Source of the DNA: Basidiobolus meristosporus CBS 931.73
Lineage: Eukaryota; Fungi; Basidiobolomycota
Direction: 5' to 3'
NCBI GenBank assembly: GCA_002104905.1
Contig: MCFE01000195.1
Location: 70,454 to 134,453, forward strand
DNA length: 64,000 bases
How positions within the stretch are numbered: the stretch's first letter is position 1; each line of letters begins with the position of its first letter. Shown in pieces: positions 63,148 to 64,000 of the stretch. A program made the position numbers and the translations under genes. Under the pieces are notes generated by a model, which was given only the letters and a program-made list of their open reading frames with translations, was not told the DNA's origin and searched no databases.

Positions 63148-64000
63148 TTCCAACTATATGTGGAATACCCAAGGTAGTAGTGGGTAAGCAAATAAAGAAA
63201 GGTGATTCTACAGTGGAATATAGGAATTGCACAAGGGGAGGTAGAAAAAGAAACTACTATTTGGTCAATTGGTACAGTAGCATTATACAGAACCAGCAGC
63301 AGGCCATCATACTGCCAAGAAAAAACCATCAGAGTCTTGCTGTGTGGCTGTCAAAATACCACCAAGTTTCTTGCCATATAAGGCAATTGGAAGTCCTGGC
63401 CAACTGGATCCACTCAAAATAGTAATAGAGTGCTGAAAGACCGCAACAATGCCATGCAAATATTGTTACAGCACCAATCAAAAATTGTCAAGCTTTATCC
63501 CTTTATTTGGCTGTAAAATTTGCAAAACACCATCATGATCTTGTTATAAGATTGTCAGGAGGGTCACTAATTCCAAGCTGCTGTTATTATGATGGTCTCT
63601 AAACAGGATCTTGACGGATGATCCGGATTGGATCCACCTGCAGGACCAAATTATTTTTCATAGGGATCATTTGGCGCACTATGGCATCACTTGGCACTCA
63701 TGGCTCAATGTGGCACTATCCAACGGAACAAGTCTAATATGTGAGTCCTCTAGTTCTCCACATATACTTCCAATACTCCTCAGAATATTACAACATTGAG
63801 TACCTCCTTTGTTAGTTACCATTGCTCATTAAAGCATTTTCTTCTTCCTTCTTATCAGCGCCTAATTATCTGAATTCTTCATTCAGGAGCCTTCCAAATA
63901 AGTAATTTAAGGTCAAATCTGCGTTGTGGACTCTAGGTCTGATGTAAGGCCCCAAAGCTTATCTGTCAGGCTATTTAGGAAGGTAGCTATCACATCCTCA

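Larger units (their letters stand above)
56811..63665 (+). mobile_element. Family D EnSpm/CACTA-like transposon D7, complete (5780 bp without nested LTR-C)
   Basis: TIRs CCCTATGAAAAAT(T/A)ATT; TSD ATC/ATC; two divergent genes. Confidence 0.9.
56381..63735. mobile_element. Family P non-autonomous element P3 (~497 bp without nested D7)
   Basis: ~60-bp TIRs AGACTTGTTCC(A/G)TTGGATAG.GCCACATTGAGCCATGAGTGCCA; TSD AAT/AAT. Confidence 0.85.
56090..63795 (+). repeat. copia-family solo LTR split in two (56090-56380 + 63739-63795 = 348 bp)
   Basis: TG...TTACAACA; 5-bp TSD TTGAG/TTGAG; reconstituted length equals the family LTR length. Confidence 0.85.
53905..64000 (-). mobile_element. copia copy 4, decayed; interior at 53905-54184, 54396-56089 and 63801-64000, hosting nested elements
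   Basis: RT start, integrase, MGNHRTLAVVGEGTIQVNL and gag pieces homologous to copy 1. Confidence 0.88.

Noticed and set aside
56380-63736. Family P as Tc1/mariner with a TA TSD
   Set aside because: TA fits formally, but the 3-bp model also explains the outer matching bases (AAT/AAT, AGT/AGC), restores the copia ACT site and agrees with the DDE_Tnp_4 fragment.

Overview
Eukaryotic, most likely fungal, DNA made almost entirely of nested transposable elements. I found no host gene, RNA gene or CRISPR array. Families resolved by eye from termini and target-site duplications (TSDs): (1) Ty1/copia with ~348-bp LTRs and a half-tRNAiMet PBS (4 decayed copies, solo and tandem LTRs). (2) Ty3/gypsy family A: two 4938-bp copies with apparently identical LTR pairs, one with an intact 1377-aa gag-pol; a decayed third copy; solo LTRs; 4-bp TSDs. 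(3) A decayed chromodomain-bearing Tf1/sushi-type gypsy (B). (4) A ~1.07-kb solo-LTR family C whose insertion sites are centred on CpG. (5) An EnSpm/CACTA-like DNA transposon family D with CCCTATGAAAAAT termini, a 3-bp TSD, a Transposase_21-type gene and a divergently oriented ~784-codon ORF of unknown function (about 7 copies or fragments). (6) A PIF/Harbinger-superfamily (PHIS, Pangu-like) family P with AGACTTGTTCC termini, ANT TSDs and 10-bp subterminal repeats. (7) A copia-LTR-bounded element E whose interior has no recognisable gag/pol. (8) Two further solo LTRs. A five-level nest with concentric TSDs occupies 56085-63800, and paralog comparisons show CpG-deamination decay throughout. All alignments and identities are by eye; no database searches were run.
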